Made by a program: the position numbers and the translations under genes. Positions 39,466 through 50,900 of a stretch of DNA of 64,000 nucleotides are shown here, in pieces (within the stretch, counting starts at the first letter, position 1; the number at the start of each line of letters is the position of its first letter). This stretch comes from a virus. The notes under the pieces were generated by a model. The model ran no database searches and had not been told where the DNA came from. It saw only the letters and a list, made by a program, of their open reading frames with translations. The DNA lies in the IMG/VR virus record IMGVR_UViG_3300045988_171858; one strand, 5' to 3'.

Positions 39466-40250
39466 AAGAACTAAGAGAAACACTGCGGCCGGGCGTATCG
39501 TTCTTTAATAGAATAGTAATCCGTCCAAATGTAAGAGATGTAGTTATCTCATCTATTACCGCTATTGATTCTATGGGCAATGCAAAGCCTATCATATCGT
39601 TCCCTCTTGAGCTCGATGAACCAATCGTAATCAAAAATAAACATCAAAACTCTATGGCAATAGAAGTGTCAATCATCCATGAGCATATCGAAGATGGAGA
39701 CTCTCTGTCTAAATTTGTCGACATTGACGCTAATAGAATCTCTTCCGAAGATGTTGCTTCTCTGCGGACAAAAAGAACAGAGATACTTAACTCCGGTTCG
39801 CTTAACGTAGTGATTAAGGGTGAGGACCTTGAGACGGCAATTATCTCCGGCAATATTACAGTGACTGGATATTCTCGTTCCGGCGTAGAGTTAATGGAAG
39901 AGAAGGTAACACTAGGTCTTGGCAAAACCAGAGAAGTCGTACTTGGAAGTGAACCATCTAAATACAAGCTGTCCAGTGCATATAAATACAGAGCGGGGAT
40001 GGTTAGCAAAGACGAGGTTATAATTAAGGACGGGAAGGTAGAAGATAGAGATGAGTCTTGCTTCTATATTGCGTCTCCCAACTATACCGGCGGCCTGTAT
40101 AGCAATGAAAATATAGCTATTGATGAAAACAACTCAATTAGAATTTTAAATAAGGATGTTTACAAAATAGCCTGCTATTTGGACGCAGTTGTAATTGACC
40201 CGGATAAGTCTGAGCCTAACATCAAATACGTTGGAATTATATCAAAATGA
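39462..40250 (+). CDS. hypothetical structural protein
   Basis: 262-aa ORF with an ATGA overlap. Confidence 0.5.
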   Translation: MKELRETLRPGVSFFNRIVIRPNVRDVVISSITAIDSMGNAKPIISFPLELDEPIVIKNKHQNSMAIEVSIIHEHIEDGDSLSKFVDIDANRISSEDVASLRTKRTEILNSGSLNVVIKGEDLETAIISGNITVTGYSRSGVELMEEKVTLGLGKTREVVLGSEPSKYKLSSAYKYRAGMVSKDEVIIKDGKVEDRDESCFYIASPNYTGGLYSNENIAIDENNSIRILNKDVYKIACYLDAVVIDPDKSEPNIKYVGIISK

Positions 40251-42874
40251 TAAAAGATTATTTCAGTTCATATTCCGTTTATTCAAAACGGCTTCCAGGA
40301 TGGAGAGAGCAACTCTTATCCGATATTAAAGCTAGAGCGGATAAGCTGGCTTCATCTGTAAACGATTCCAATAATAGAATCGCTATGGCTATCGGTAAAT
40401 TTGCTGAAGGCGTATCGGATGTAAGAGAGCAGATGTCTGACGTTTCGGATTTGTATCTGACCGTATCAACTGTTAGCGGTAATACTAATCGGCAGTTTGG
40501 CATTAACAATATGCCAATCCTAAAGAACAGTGGAATCGTAATTAGCGATGGAACGCTATCCCTGCAAACCAAGACATTCTCTCCTGTTCCTATCGTAGAT
40601 GTAAAGGTCAATACGAACGGGCAAGAAGGCAACTCGGCAGACTTTGATATTCCCAGATACAACAATAAGAATACGATCATTTCTGAGACTCAGTATGAGG
40701 TAGAGAAATTTGATTCCGCTATCACCGCTGTATTGACAATCAACCTCAGAGACGTAAGTCAGGTAAACAGAATCTCCTTGGCGCATTCTGAATACGGAAT
40801 TAATAAGCCCACAGTTATGTACCTAGAGGTTTCTCCAGACGGCAAGCGATTCTACCGTTCTGACTTCTCTGTTCAGGAAGTTAATGGTATTTCTCAAATC
40901 AGCTTCCCCGGAGTTAATGCGACATCGGTTAAAGTGTCTTTCCTTCAGAACAGTCCATACACCTCAAAGAGCGGGCAGATTCGATACGCTATAGGGATCC
41001 GCAATCTCTCTATTGGTATTGCTACATCAATCGAAAGCGGCGAAGTAGTATTTGGTCCTATTACACAGAAAGACGAAATCTTAAAGGCATCAATCGCTGC
41101 ATCTATTCCTACGGATAAATACTCATTTGAAAATATTGCATTCGAAATAAGCAATGATTCTTCAACATGGTATCAGGTGTCTACGCCATTCTCTGTAAGC
41201 GACTATCCAAAACATCTGGATTTCAATACTAAGTCTGAGAACTCCATTAATACAAGAACGCCGGTGACTACGTTATTCTTCAGAATCAGAATGACTGGCA
41301 ATCGGCATACATTGCCACTAATGGCGTCTAGCATTAATAGACATATTCAGCAGGTTAGTCAGCAATCTCCAGTAATTCAGGCTCCATTTGACTTGTCCGA
41401 TAAGTATATCGTATCAGAAAGACTTGGTTATCAATTCGGAGAAAGAGGCTCATATTTCCTCTACAATGACAATACGGAATTGGTAGATTCTATTAGCTCA
41501 ATCAAATCAGGGTCCGATTATCTTATTAAAACAGTTGCTCCTATGAAAAATATTACAAGAGCAACAATTAGAGCTGATAAGATCAAGTGTGCAATCGAGG
41601 GCGGCGAGATTTATAGAATCGTCCCTCCATACTCTATTGATCCAAAATCAGCAAAAGCATATAAAGCATCATTGCCAGTTAATAGGGAAGTAAGAATATC
41701 AGACAGCGCAAATATGGTTATCCCATTTACACAGCCTGCCGGTATATACACACTTACAGACGGAGAGAATACAAGAAAAATCAACCTAACACTAGGTTCA
41801 TTTGCATCTTGCTACGAATGGGTATTTGCCCCTTCGGATAGGACCGTATCTTTAACTGACCCGTTTGGTAAAAAGGTAATGGAATTTGAGGCCGGCAAGT
41901 ACATTAATCTGCTGGACTATTTTACAGTAACAGTCCCGACCAGCTCAAACAAATCCATTATCAATGTAACATTCAATAGTAGATACCCAGAAGCCCCATT
42001 AAGCGAGGGCGAATTTACCATTATCGATGGTAAATTCTATTCTTCTTCTCACTCTGCTATTGTTAATGGTATGTACGTCAACTACGAAGAAATTCCTCTA
42101 GTTATGCGTTCCAATATCAATGGAATCGACCTGTATACAGAGGAAGCGAAGTTCTCTAAATCAAAAGAGAAGCTTTCGCGTTTCGACGGCCAAACATCTG
42201 CTAAACTTGCACACTCGGGATTACTAAAGGGCGGACTGAAGTTTACAAACAAATCATCTTCTCTTTTGTCATTCGTAAAAGAGGTTCCGTATATCAACGG
42301 CATTGACGAGTTTAAAACTTCCGGCAGGGCGAATATCCTTATTCCAAAATCAGCAAACAGATTTAGTCTGGGTAGACTTGTTAATCACTTCGACGACATT
42401 GAGATTACCGGCGGCGTTGAACAGCTAAGTTCAAAGGTCTTTAGCAGAGACGAACTCATCTATCGCGGCGACTATATGCTAGAAGATGTTGGCAATGAAA
42501 CATTTATTCAATTGCCAGAAGGAGTTAAAACAGACGATATTATCGACACGTTTATCTCCGTATCTGTAGCCGATTCTAATAGCTCAAGTGGGTTATACTC
42601 TATTGACTACACGAACGGTATGCTGTATTCTCAATCTACAATTAGCGGCGAATCCGAGGTAGAGTACATCTATTCAAATATCTTCATATCAGGCTTCCCA
42701 ATTAAAGTTCTTGATAAGAAATCCTATTCAGTAAGCGAGCGTCAAATCGAATTAAAGGATGCGACAATGGATACTGAATATGTGGTTCTGTCCGAAAGCA
42801 AAACAGATAAGGGCGAAGAAATACTGCGCTCACCAACATTGAAGAATCTAACATTAAACACAGTGACGGTATAA
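40247..42874 (+). CDS. large hypothetical tail-fibre/baseplate-periphery protein
   Basis: 875-aa ORF with an ATGA overlap. Confidence 0.55.
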   Translation: MIKDYFSSYSVYSKRLPGWREQLLSDIKARADKLASSVNDSNNRIAMAIGKFAEGVSDVREQMSDVSDLYLTVSTVSGNTNRQFGINNMPILKNSGIVISDGTLSLQTKTFSPVPIVDVKVNTNGQEGNSADFDIPRYNNKNTIISETQYEVEKFDSAITAVLTINLRDVSQVNRISLAHSEYGINKPTVMYLEVSPDGKRFYRSDFSVQEVNGISQISFPGVNATSVKVSFLQNSPYTSKSGQIRYAIGIRNLSIGIATSIESGEVVFGPITQKDEILKASIAASIPTDKYSFENIAFEISNDSSTWYQVSTPFSVSDYPKHLDFNTKSENSINTRTPVTTLFFRIRMTGNRHTLPLMASSINRHIQQVSQQSPVIQAPFDLSDKYIVSERLGYQFGERGSYFLYNDNTELVDSISSIKSGSDYLIKTVAPMKNITRATIRADKIKCAIEGGEIYRIVPPYSIDPKSAKAYKASLPVNREVRISDSANMVIPFTQPAGIYTLTDGENTRKINLTLGSFASCYEWVFAPSDRTVSLTDPFGKKVMEFEAGKYINLLDYFTVTVPTSSNKSIINVTFNSRYPEAPLSEGEFTIIDGKFYSSSHSAIVNGMYVNYEEIPLVMRSNINGIDLYTEEAKFSKSKEKLSRFDGQTSAKLAHSGLLKGGLKFTNKSSSLLSFVKEVPYINGIDEFKTSGRANILIPKSANRFSLGRLVNHFDDIEITGGVEQLSSKVFSRDELIYRGDYMLEDVGNETFIQLPEGVKTDDIIDTFISVSVADSNSSSGLYSIDYTNGMLYSQSTISGESEVEYIYSNIFISGFPIKVLDKKSYSVSERQIELKDATMDTEYVVLSESKTDKGEEILRSPTLKNLTLNTVTV

Positions 42875-42875
42875 G

Positions 42876-44609
42876 ATGAATAAAGTAGAAGAAGCGATTT
42901 ACAATTTGAATCTATTCCAAGCTTCATCTGCTGGAACTGAAATCCCGAGCCTCGGCAGTGAATACACTGAGGCCGGGTTAAACAAGATTCTAAAAGAATG
43001 GTATGACATTCTGTTCTGCAATCAGGATAAGATAGACGAATTACTACCACGGATAGAGAAGTTCGAAACCAGGTCTTCTGATTATGTCAGGGATATTAAG
43101 ACTAGGTTAGCCAAAGCGTCATCAGATGCTAAGGCGGCAAACGTTGCGGACAGGTCTGTTACGAAGTATACAAAAGCGGTTTATTACTCCCCATCATCAA
43201 TTTCATACATTGAGGAAGAAACTACCGCTTATGTTGACGGCGGAAAGATTGTTGGTGTAAAAGAGTCGGATACATTCAACTCCGACTCTCATGTTATCTC
43301 CAATAATACCAGCTCCGGCATTTCGTGCTATGTATTTGAGGATAATAAAAAAGTTGATTTGGTTTGGACTGTTGATGGCGGCGCGGCACAATCCCGCAAT
43401 GTCTTAAATTCCAATGTCAATTCAACCATTTCCTATTCCTCTCTAAATGGTGGTACTAAGAGTTTTGTATTGGATATTGATAGAAAAGAATACGGAGTCT
43501 TTAATAATATCCAGTTAAAAACAAAACGAGCATATGTGTACACCATCTACACCAGCAATGATTCAATCAACTATAACAGGATTACAGATAGAATCCTAAC
43601 CAATAGTCTAAACGAATCAATCGGCGAAACAAACGACCGTTATGTCCGCATAGTTATCGAACTAGACAAAAATTCGGATTATGTATCAGGCAGATATATC
43701 TACAACGTAGAAATAAGTTCTTTTCACATTGCAGTAAAGCGGTACTCAACTCCGACAGAATACGTTACAGGCGATATTCCTATCAGGGCTACCGGTGAGT
43801 TTGTAGCCATAGATACTTGCGACAACTACCAGTCTAAGAATGTCGATATGCACTACCAGATTTCAATCAACGGCGGCGCGTATAAAGACATTAAGCCTCT
43901 ACGGAAGCTATCAAAAACTGGCAGGTCAATTAGGAGCATTTTGCCAATAAATGACTATTCTGATAATAACATTGTTACGCTACACGCCCATATTAGACAT
44001 CCTGATGGGAACATTTTCACGACTGAAATAGACCCGGCGCTACTTGAAACAAACATCTTTAAGTATTACGATGCTACAAATCCTATCTCTGTAAAAGGAA
44101 ACGTAGTATCTGCTTCAGGCATTGCCATTTCAGAAAAGGTCATCAACTTCAAAGATACCTACTTCGTAAATGGTGTACCATTCTCAGGCGAGTCTACTAT
44201 CTACACAGGGTTCAATAGTTTGTCATTCCCTGCCGACAATTATGTCGAAATCTATGACGTAACTAAATACACTTTAGTATCTTTCAACTCCGGGGAGTTT
44301 AGGGTTGCAGACGCGGCCGGCGTAGAACAAACCATTATAGCCGAAGACTGGGAGAAAAACCCATTCACTTCTATTGTTCTATCCCTTAAATATATCCTTG
44401 GTAGAGAACTAGGGTACGGCAAAGATATCAATACTAGCAAATCAAAGAATGGATACCAGCTAAAAACATCAGAGGATGTAAAATCCCTCTATGTAGCTGC
44501 CAGACAGAAGAATGCTATTATTAATACAGCCAGAATCAAGATAAAGATGAAAACCTTAGATGGATACACCAAACCTAATGTATCCAGAATCCTAATCAAG
44601 GTGGCCTAA
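42876..44609 (+). CDS. hypothetical tail-fibre-module protein
   Basis: 577-aa ORF. Confidence 0.55.
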   Translation: MNKVEEAIYNLNLFQASSAGTEIPSLGSEYTEAGLNKILKEWYDILFCNQDKIDELLPRIEKFETRSSDYVRDIKTRLAKASSDAKAANVADRSVTKYTKAVYYSPSSISYIEEETTAYVDGGKIVGVKESDTFNSDSHVISNNTSSGISCYVFEDNKKVDLVWTVDGGAAQSRNVLNSNVNSTISYSSLNGGTKSFVLDIDRKEYGVFNNIQLKTKRAYVYTIYTSNDSINYNRITDRILTNSLNESIGETNDRYVRIVIELDKNSDYVSGRYIYNVEISSFHIAVKRYSTPTEYVTGDIPIRATGEFVAIDTCDNYQSKNVDMHYQISINGGAYKDIKPLRKLSKTGRSIRSILPINDYSDNNIVTLHAHIRHPDGNIFTTEIDPALLETNIFKYYDATNPISVKGNVVSASGIAISEKVINFKDTYFVNGVPFSGESTIYTGFNSLSFPADNYVEIYDVTKYTLVSFNSGEFRVADAAGVEQTIIAEDWEKNPFTSIVLSLKYILGRELGYGKDINTSKSKNGYQLKTSEDVKSLYVAARQKNAIINTARIKIKMKTLDGYTKPNVSRILIKVA

Positions 44610-45187
44610 TGCAGTTAGATTTAAAACTGAAACAAGCCGCATTCTTCTTCGTTAATGGAATTTCTGTCAGAAGAGAATTTTCAACATTCGACATTGACAA
44701 CGGTGATACCACCGCTCTAATTTCCGTAGTTAGAGGAATTGAGGGGAACAGGATCGAATCGTCAATCTCTGCTGAATCCATTCGGGCAATCATAACTCCG
44801 AATGGAGGTGGTGGTGGCGGTGCACCTGGCAGGCAGGGACCTCAAGGCGCTAGAGGAGAAACAGGCCCGGCAGGCCCAGCCGGACCACAGGGACCAACCG
44901 GTTTAACAGGACCTATGGGACCTCCAGGCCCTCCAGGACCTCCGGGGCCAAAAGGCGATAAGGGTGACCCAGGACCAAAAGGAGACCCTGGCGAATCTAG
45001 TTCTTCAAGCGGGCTATTCGATATTGAAAAGTTCTACAATACCTATCTTGATATGCAAAAAGACTTCAGTATCAAGGAAGGAACTTTTGTAGGAGTTCTC
45101 GATTCCAATGGTAATAAAGAAAACTCTATCATCTACAGGAAGGCAAACGGACAATTTCAAGAGGTTGTCAACTTCTCAGAAATCTAA
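44609..45187 (+). CDS. collagen-like fibre protein
   Basis: Uninterrupted G-X-Y run [59 protein letters not shown] (about 44815-44995), followed by a small C-terminal globular domain. Confidence 0.75.
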   Translation: MQLDLKLKQAAFFFVNGISVRREFSTFDIDNGDTTALISVVRGIEGNRIESSISAESIRAIITPNGGGGGGAPGRQGPQGARGETGPAGPAGPQGPTGLTGPMGPPGPPGPPGPKGDKGDPGPKGDPGESSSSSGLFDIEKFYNTYLDMQKDFSIKEGTFVGVLDSNGNKENSIIYRKANGQFQEVVNFSEI

Positions 45188-45196
45188 GGAAGAGTA

Positions 45197-45628
45197 ATGA
45201 ATGCACTTACAATTATCTCTCTTCAGTTCAAGAAGCTAATTGACAAAATCACGCCAATTCTAGCCGACCTAACCTCACTGAAGAAAAGAGTTGAAACAAT
45301 CGAATCCAGCCCATTATATACAGGCGCCGGAAGAAAAGAGGAATTCATCGTATTGACCAAAGAAATGTTCAATGACAATGGATATCCTTATACAGAAAAA
45401 CCAATCCAATTCAGAAACACCTATACTTCTCCCGTAGCTAAGGTATACACTAATTTTAGTGGAGCTGAAACTGGCGACACAACCATAACAGTTTACCAAC
45501 TAAAGGAAAATAGATGCTCCTTGAGATATGGAATTGGTAAAAGGCCAGTCGAACTCGGCAAATCATATAGGGCGATTCTACACATACAAGAGTCTGGAAC
45601 AGATCCGGCTTTATTTAAGAGAGTCTAA
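45197..45628 (+). CDS. small fibre-associated protein sharing the N-terminal SLQFKKL module with the next gene
   Basis: MNALTIISLQFKKLIDKITP... aligns with [20 protein letters not shown]... Confidence 0.5.
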   Translation: MNALTIISLQFKKLIDKITPILADLTSLKKRVETIESSPLYTGAGRKEEFIVLTKEMFNDNGYPYTEKPIQFRNTYTSPVAKVYTNFSGAETGDTTITVYQLKENRCSLRYGIGKRPVELGKSYRAILHIQESGTDPALFKRV

Positions 45629-45648
45629 ATAAAATATAAGGCAAATAA

Positions 45649-46407
45649 ATGAATATTGTACAATTGCTTTCACTACAATTTAAAAAGCTGGCATCCGGTT
45701 TGACTACTTTGACTACCAAAACCGAAGAGCTAGATCAAAAGGTAAAATCCCTTGAAGTTACTGGCGGTGCTAAAGGTGGAAAAGGCGAAGACGGCAAATC
45801 CGCATATGAGCTGGCAAAAGGAACTGGCTATACCGGCACCAAAGAAGAATGGCTGCAAACACTCAAAGGTGAAGCAGGTCCTCAAGGTCCAACCGGCCCA
45901 CAAGGTCCTCAAGGTCTCAAAGGCGAAATGGGTAGCCCATTCTCAATCGCCAAAACATTCGAAACCAAAGCCGAACTGGAAGCAGACCGAACTGTCGAAG
46001 AAGGCAAGTTCGCTGTTGTAGCCTCCGCCAATCCCGATACAGACGAAGATAACGGTCGTCTCTATGTTCGAACTACAGATGGTTGGTCTTACATCCTCGA
46101 CCTGTCAGGTGTTAAAGGTGTCCAAGGCCCAGCAGGTCAAGATGGCCCAGCAGGTCCAGCAGGACCTCAAGGTATTCCTGGTGAGCGAGGACAAACTGGC
46201 CCAGCCGGAGAAAAAGGTGACCCTGCCAATCTATTCGTTGCAGAAGTCACCGATCTAAGCGAAGCCGGAAACACTTCCGACTTTAAAGATGGAGACATGT
46301 TGTTAGTTGTACCTGCCGGTACCAAAAAAGAAGACGGCAAGCTTTACAGCTTCCAAGAAAACGACTCCTCTTGGGAATTGGTATTCGACTATTCTACGGT
46401 CAAATAA
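45649..46407 (+). CDS. collagen-like fibre protein with two G-X-Y segments
   Basis: [22 protein letters not shown] (about 45868-45935) and [36 protein letters not shown] (about 46115-46222). Each is followed by a domain similar to the C-terminus of the 44609 gene. Confidence 0.75.
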   Translation: MNIVQLLSLQFKKLASGLTTLTTKTEELDQKVKSLEVTGGAKGGKGEDGKSAYELAKGTGYTGTKEEWLQTLKGEAGPQGPTGPQGPQGLKGEMGSPFSIAKTFETKAELEADRTVEEGKFAVVASANPDTDEDNGRLYVRTTDGWSYILDLSGVKGVQGPAGQDGPAGPAGPQGIPGERGQTGPAGEKGDPANLFVAEVTDLSEAGNTSDFKDGDMLLVVPAGTKKEDGKLYSFQENDSSWELVFDYSTVK

Positions 46408-46414
46408 AAAAGAA

Positions 46415-46448
46415 AAGGGTGGTCGCGCAATAAAGCACGGCCACCCTT
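46415..46448 (+). terminator. stem-loop after collagen-like fibre gene
   Basis: AAGGGTGGTCG...CGGCCACCCTT, 11 bp including one G-U. No clean T-run follows. Confidence 0.35.
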
Positions 46449-46472
46449 CAATACATTGAATAAGGAGATAAG

Positions 46473-46832
46473 ATGAAGATTAACAAAGAAAGCATCGCTG
46501 AATACGCAAAAAGCTTCACACCTTTTTGGGTTAAGATTCTTCCTGCTGTCTTTATTCTTGGACTTGGCGCGGCACTGGTTTACCAATACGGAGAAAACAA
46601 ATACCAGCGTGGACGAACTGATGCAGAAGCAATGTACCTTAAGGAATCGGCTGAACTGGCCAATAGAATCAGAGGAGTAGAGGGTACAGTTCTTACTCAA
46701 TTCAGAGAGGGCCGTAAAGGCGTAAGAGATATGCTGAATGACAACAACGCGGAAATCCGTGCACTTGTCGTTGACAAAGAATGTGTATCTGAAGACTTCA
46801 AAACTGAATATAACAAAAGGCTGAAAAAATGA
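46473..46832 (+). CDS. i-spanin-like protein (N-terminal TM, charged coiled C-terminal part)
   Basis: AAGGAG Shine-Dalgarno. TM segment ILPAVFILGLGAALVY. ATGA overlap with a downstream lipoprotein gene. Confidence 0.5.
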   Translation: MKINKESIAEYAKSFTPFWVKILPAVFILGLGAALVYQYGENKYQRGRTDAEAMYLKESAELANRIRGVEGTVLTQFREGRKGVRDMLNDNNAEIRALVVDKECVSEDFKTEYNKRLKK

Positions 46833-47095
46833 AGCATCTATTAATTGTTCTGGCTGCACTATCCTTGGGTGCTTGTTCCTTTGCACAAAAACCTAAAAAA
46901 GCACAACAAATACAAATAGCAGAAGAAGTAAGACTCGGACAATGTGAACAGGAAATCCAAGAACTACAAGGAACCACATCAAGAGCACTAATCGAGCACT
47001 CATTATCGCTTATTGAAAAAGTTCATAATTGCAGACTTGAAAAACAATATCTAGTAGACCTAATTGACGGATACAATAAGGAGGCCGCTAAATGA
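46829..47095 (+). CDS. o-spanin-like outer-membrane lipoprotein
   Basis: Signal peptide plus lipobox MKHLLIVLAALSLGAC, with additional Cys residues. Coupled to the TM protein upstream. Confidence 0.6.
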   Translation: MKHLLIVLAALSLGACSFAQKPKKAQQIQIAEEVRLGQCEQEIQELQGTTSRALIEHSLSLIEKVHNCRLEKQYLVDLIDGYNKEAAK

Positions 47096-47451
47096 AATGG
47101 TCAGTCAAAAAACTAAACAAAAATGAATACATTACACTAGAAGGTGTAACATTGGGAACTGATGCAACTGAAATCAAAGTAACAGACCAAAACAAAGTTG
47201 CTATTCGTGCAGTTAAGAATGCCCTATCCCGATTGAAACGTGAAAAACGTATTGAGGTAGTTTCAGGCGATGTTCCAGAGAAAGCTGCAACTGTATATGC
47301 TAAGAAAAACAAACAGGCCAAAGCAGCTCCAGCTCCAACAGAACGAGCAGCAGTAACAGAGCAAGTTCCTCCGGCCAAGCCAGTAAAACCTAAAGCGGCT
47401 AAACCAGAAGCACAAGCTGAAGGTGTAGTAGCTTCAGAAGAAGCAAGCTAA
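47092..47451 (+). CDS. small hypothetical protein, paralog A (Ala/Pro/Lys-rich tail)
   Basis: AAGGAGG Shine-Dalgarno. MKWSVKKLNKNEYITLEG...ALSRLKREKRIEVVSG is paralogous to the next gene. Confidence 0.55.
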   Translation: MKWSVKKLNKNEYITLEGVTLGTDATEIKVTDQNKVAIRAVKNALSRLKREKRIEVVSGDVPEKAATVYAKKNKQAKAAPAPTERAAVTEQVPPAKPVKPKAAKPEAQAEGVVASEEAS

Positions 47452-47483
47452 GAATAATCAAAACAACAGTAAGAATCAGCTAA

Positions 47484-47945
47484 ATGAAATGGTTAATCAA
47501 TAAGATGAAATGGCTAGTTAGAAAACTAAGAAAGCACGACTATATCGCATTGGAGAATAAGACCATTAAGGACGAACCAACAGAGATAGTTGTACCGGAT
47601 GATCCTAATGTTATCCGTTCTGCAAACAACACCCTTAACCGTCTTAAAAACGAAGGTAGAGTAGAAGTTCTTTCAGGCGAAACAACTGGTAGTCATAACC
47701 CTTTTAACGGCTCGGGAATTCCTGGGGCTTCTGGCAATCCCGGAAGCTCCGGTGGTTCTGGTAACTCAGGGAACACTGGTGCACAAGACTTCTCCGGCCC
47801 TACTATTGATTCATCTACAACCACTGAGGTTAAAAGAGAAGTAACTCCAGATGGTAAAGAAAAAATCGTAGAAAAGGTAACTATCAAACAAATCGTTGAC
47901 ATTAGCAATACAACTAAAACTAAAATAGAAGAAATCCTGGCCTAA
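47484..47945 (+). CDS. small hypothetical protein, paralog B (Gly/Ser-rich linker)
   Basis: MKWLVRKLRKHDYIALEN...TLNRLKNEGRVEVLSG. By alignment to paralog A the true start may be the second ATG at 47505. Confidence 0.55.
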   Translation: MKWLINKMKWLVRKLRKHDYIALENKTIKDEPTEIVVPDDPNVIRSANNTLNRLKNEGRVEVLSGETTGSHNPFNGSGIPGASGNPGSSGGSGNSGNTGAQDFSGPTIDSSTTTEVKREVTPDGKEKIVEKVTIKQIVDISNTTKTKIEEILA

Positions 47946-47955
47946 GAGAGTAAAC

Positions 47956-50900
47956 ATGACAACTCCAAATTTAGACTCAGTAACCATCTTAATGGCACAA
48001 AAGATTGCTGCTAACAAAGCAGAGCAAGTAGCAATCAAAGGCGAAATTGAGAGAGTCAAAACATCTCAGAGTGAATCTGATAAGAAAGCAGATAAAGCTT
48101 TAGAGGCAATCAAAACGGCTGAAGGTAAAATTGCCACAGCAGAGGAATCTCTAGAGCAGGTTAAATTAAAAGCAGAAGAAGCTAAACAACAATCGTCGGA
48201 AGCTAAAGAACAAATCGAAGCTGCTAAACAATCTGCAGAAGCAGCCAAACAAGAAGTAGCACAGCACAAAGCCACGGCGGAAGATGCCAAAACAAAAGCC
48301 GAACAAGCTCAAACTAAAGCTCAAGAAGCACTAGATGCAGCTAAAGAGGCTAAATCCTCTATTGTCACTCCTACTGTTGATATTACTGTCGGACAAGAAG
48401 GCGACATCAAAGTCAACAATAAGACCACTGGTGTAAAAGTTGTAACACCAGAAAAAGTAGAAGAGGAAGTAGGAAAAGCGCTTGGTTCAGAAGACTCAAG
48501 CAAAAAGATCTTAAAAAGCCAAGTTGAAGCAACAAAATCCGAAGATCATATTAAAGCCCCTCTAAGACTTTCCTTGGAGTCAGGCATTTACTATATCGAA
48601 GATGCACTGACAGAAGATCTTAGAAACAAAGTTATGTCCAGATACTACGAACCACTGGACAAAAAAGTAGAAGGCAAAAACGATGCCAGAGAAATCGTAA
48701 GGCTGATTCAAGCCTGGTATGACAAAGTTCCTCCTCATTCGTACATCTCTTCTCGCGGCGGCGTATTCCCATTTACCAAAAACAAAGGTTACAAACCAGA
48801 ATACTACGGTGCAGATAACCGTTCTATCAAACGTAACTGGGACAATCCTCAAACACTGGTAGTCCACGGACAGCAACCATGTATTTCCTTCTATCACTCA
48901 GTCGGCAATAAATACGACTTTGCAAAAGCAAAATTCATCGTCGAAGAAATGGGCCAAGATGCATTCCATCTTTGTGGCAATTCGTTAGATAACGAAATCA
49001 TTCACGGCGGCACAATCCTTACACGGGCTTATCAAGAGTTCGGCTACAAAAAAGGCGCTGACCGAGATAAAATGCTGTTTGCTCCTATTGATGGATGGAC
49101 CAAAGAAGCACCTAACATCGGTACGGGGATGGCAGACAAAGGCGTAGCAGAAGCAGGTTTCAACACAACAACACAACGCCATGATATTGCTGCATATATG
49201 AACAACGGCTATGAAGCCCAAGACATTCAGCAGCCAGAAGGTTTTAACAAAACCAAAATTATGGAGCTTCTGAGAAATGGTTCTTCCCTCAGATACATGA
49301 GTGCCGGCGGATACTTCAACGAGCAGGGCATTTCCGAATTCCCTCAAGAAGACGGAACCACTTCTCCGAAATGGGGAACTTGGCGCGGACAACAACGAGG
49401 CAGTCGTGGTTACGGATGGAGACTATTCGGCACTAAAAACACTATCGTCAAAAACTTCGATGTTAGAGGTATGACAGGTGGTGCAATTGTCTGTGGACTC
49501 TATGGCACTCCTATGGGTGAATCTGTAGATGCCAGAGACTCAGCCGCCGCATTCGCCGCTGGTATTGTTGCAGAAAATACAAAAATCACAGGTGGTTACT
49601 TCACACATAACTACATCTGCGGTGTAGAATGTATTCGTGCATCTGGCTTTGAATTGACCGGAATTTACGCTCCAGACTCTGTCGTCGGACATCCGGACGC
49701 AAACCTTGAACATACACGCGGTATTGGTGGTGGTACCTCTCTCGATCCTGGCTATCAACAATGTACATCTCGATATCTGCCAATGGATAATATCTATATC
49801 CATGACAACGTATTCGGATTGGGAATGCGGAAAATTATGGATATCCATACCGGCAATAACGTTAAGATCATCAACAACGTTGGTAAAGCTATGTATTATG
49901 GTGTATCAACAGTTATTGAAGAACTATTCGCCGGCAAGCTAATTAAACCTAGCGATAGAAACAGTAAAGACATTCCAGACCCTCATTCCTTCCCATACCA
50001 AGATAGCAATATCGAAGTAAGAGGAAACACCATCACCTCTGGACTATTTGGCCTTCATCCTATTAATGGAGCCAAAGGTGTAAAAGTCCGTAGAGATGCC
50101 AAAAAATGGTGGCTAAGATGCCATCAAGTCTGGGCGGACAATATTGTTTATGCTCCTAGAGGTATCCTTTGCAACTTTGGCCATAACCACTACCTAGTTG
50201 AGAATAACCAATTCACATTCGCGCTTCCTTATGGCGAATTCTATTCTATGCGTCAAATCTCGGGCATTAACATCACAAACCAAGGCTCAGGATACACCAG
50301 CGAACCAACTGTAACAATTACAGGTGGAGGTGACGAAGCATTCGATGGACAAGCTTCAGCAAAAATCCAAGACGGAAAAGTCGTAGCAATCAGACTAGAC
50401 CGGGCAGGAAGCAGATATGACACTCCTCCCACAGTAACAATAACAGGAGGCGGCGGTTCAGGAGCAACAGCAGTTGCAACTGTAAACTCTCACACATATG
50501 GTATGCTCATTGGTGCGGAAACTCACTATGGAGACATGCTAGGATGTGTTATTGCTAAAAACTGGATTCAAAACTCCCCAGAAGGCAACTATGCCAGACA
50601 GTTGGTGGTAGGTTCACTAAGAGGCTCAACCTTGATGTGCAACTATACAGACACCACTCCGTTCTCTAGCGAAGAAAAATCAAAACTTCCATTTGGTGAC
50701 CCTTATGTATCCAAAACGATGAAATACAGAGACGGCATCGGAAGTCAAGGATTCTACGGCGGCGCATTGAATGGCTGTGAAGTAATCGGAAACTATGAAT
50801 ACGACCAACTAAGACAAACGCTTACACCGTGGATTGGTAAGAATAGAAACGGAACTGTTCATAGCAATTACACTCCGACATACTTGCAATCTGTACTAAA

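Noticed and set aside
44815-46222. Triplet-periodic DNA repeats as a possible CRISPR array or tandem-repeat element
   Set aside because: The periodicity is the G-X-Y coding pattern of collagen-like segments inside long ORFs. There is no repeat-spacer architecture.
46389-46886. 165-aa minus-strand ORF overlapping the spanin-like genes
   Set aside because: The + strand genes have Shine-Dalgarno sites, a TM segment or lipobox, and ATGA coupling. The antisense product is Phe/Cys/Val-rich with no features.
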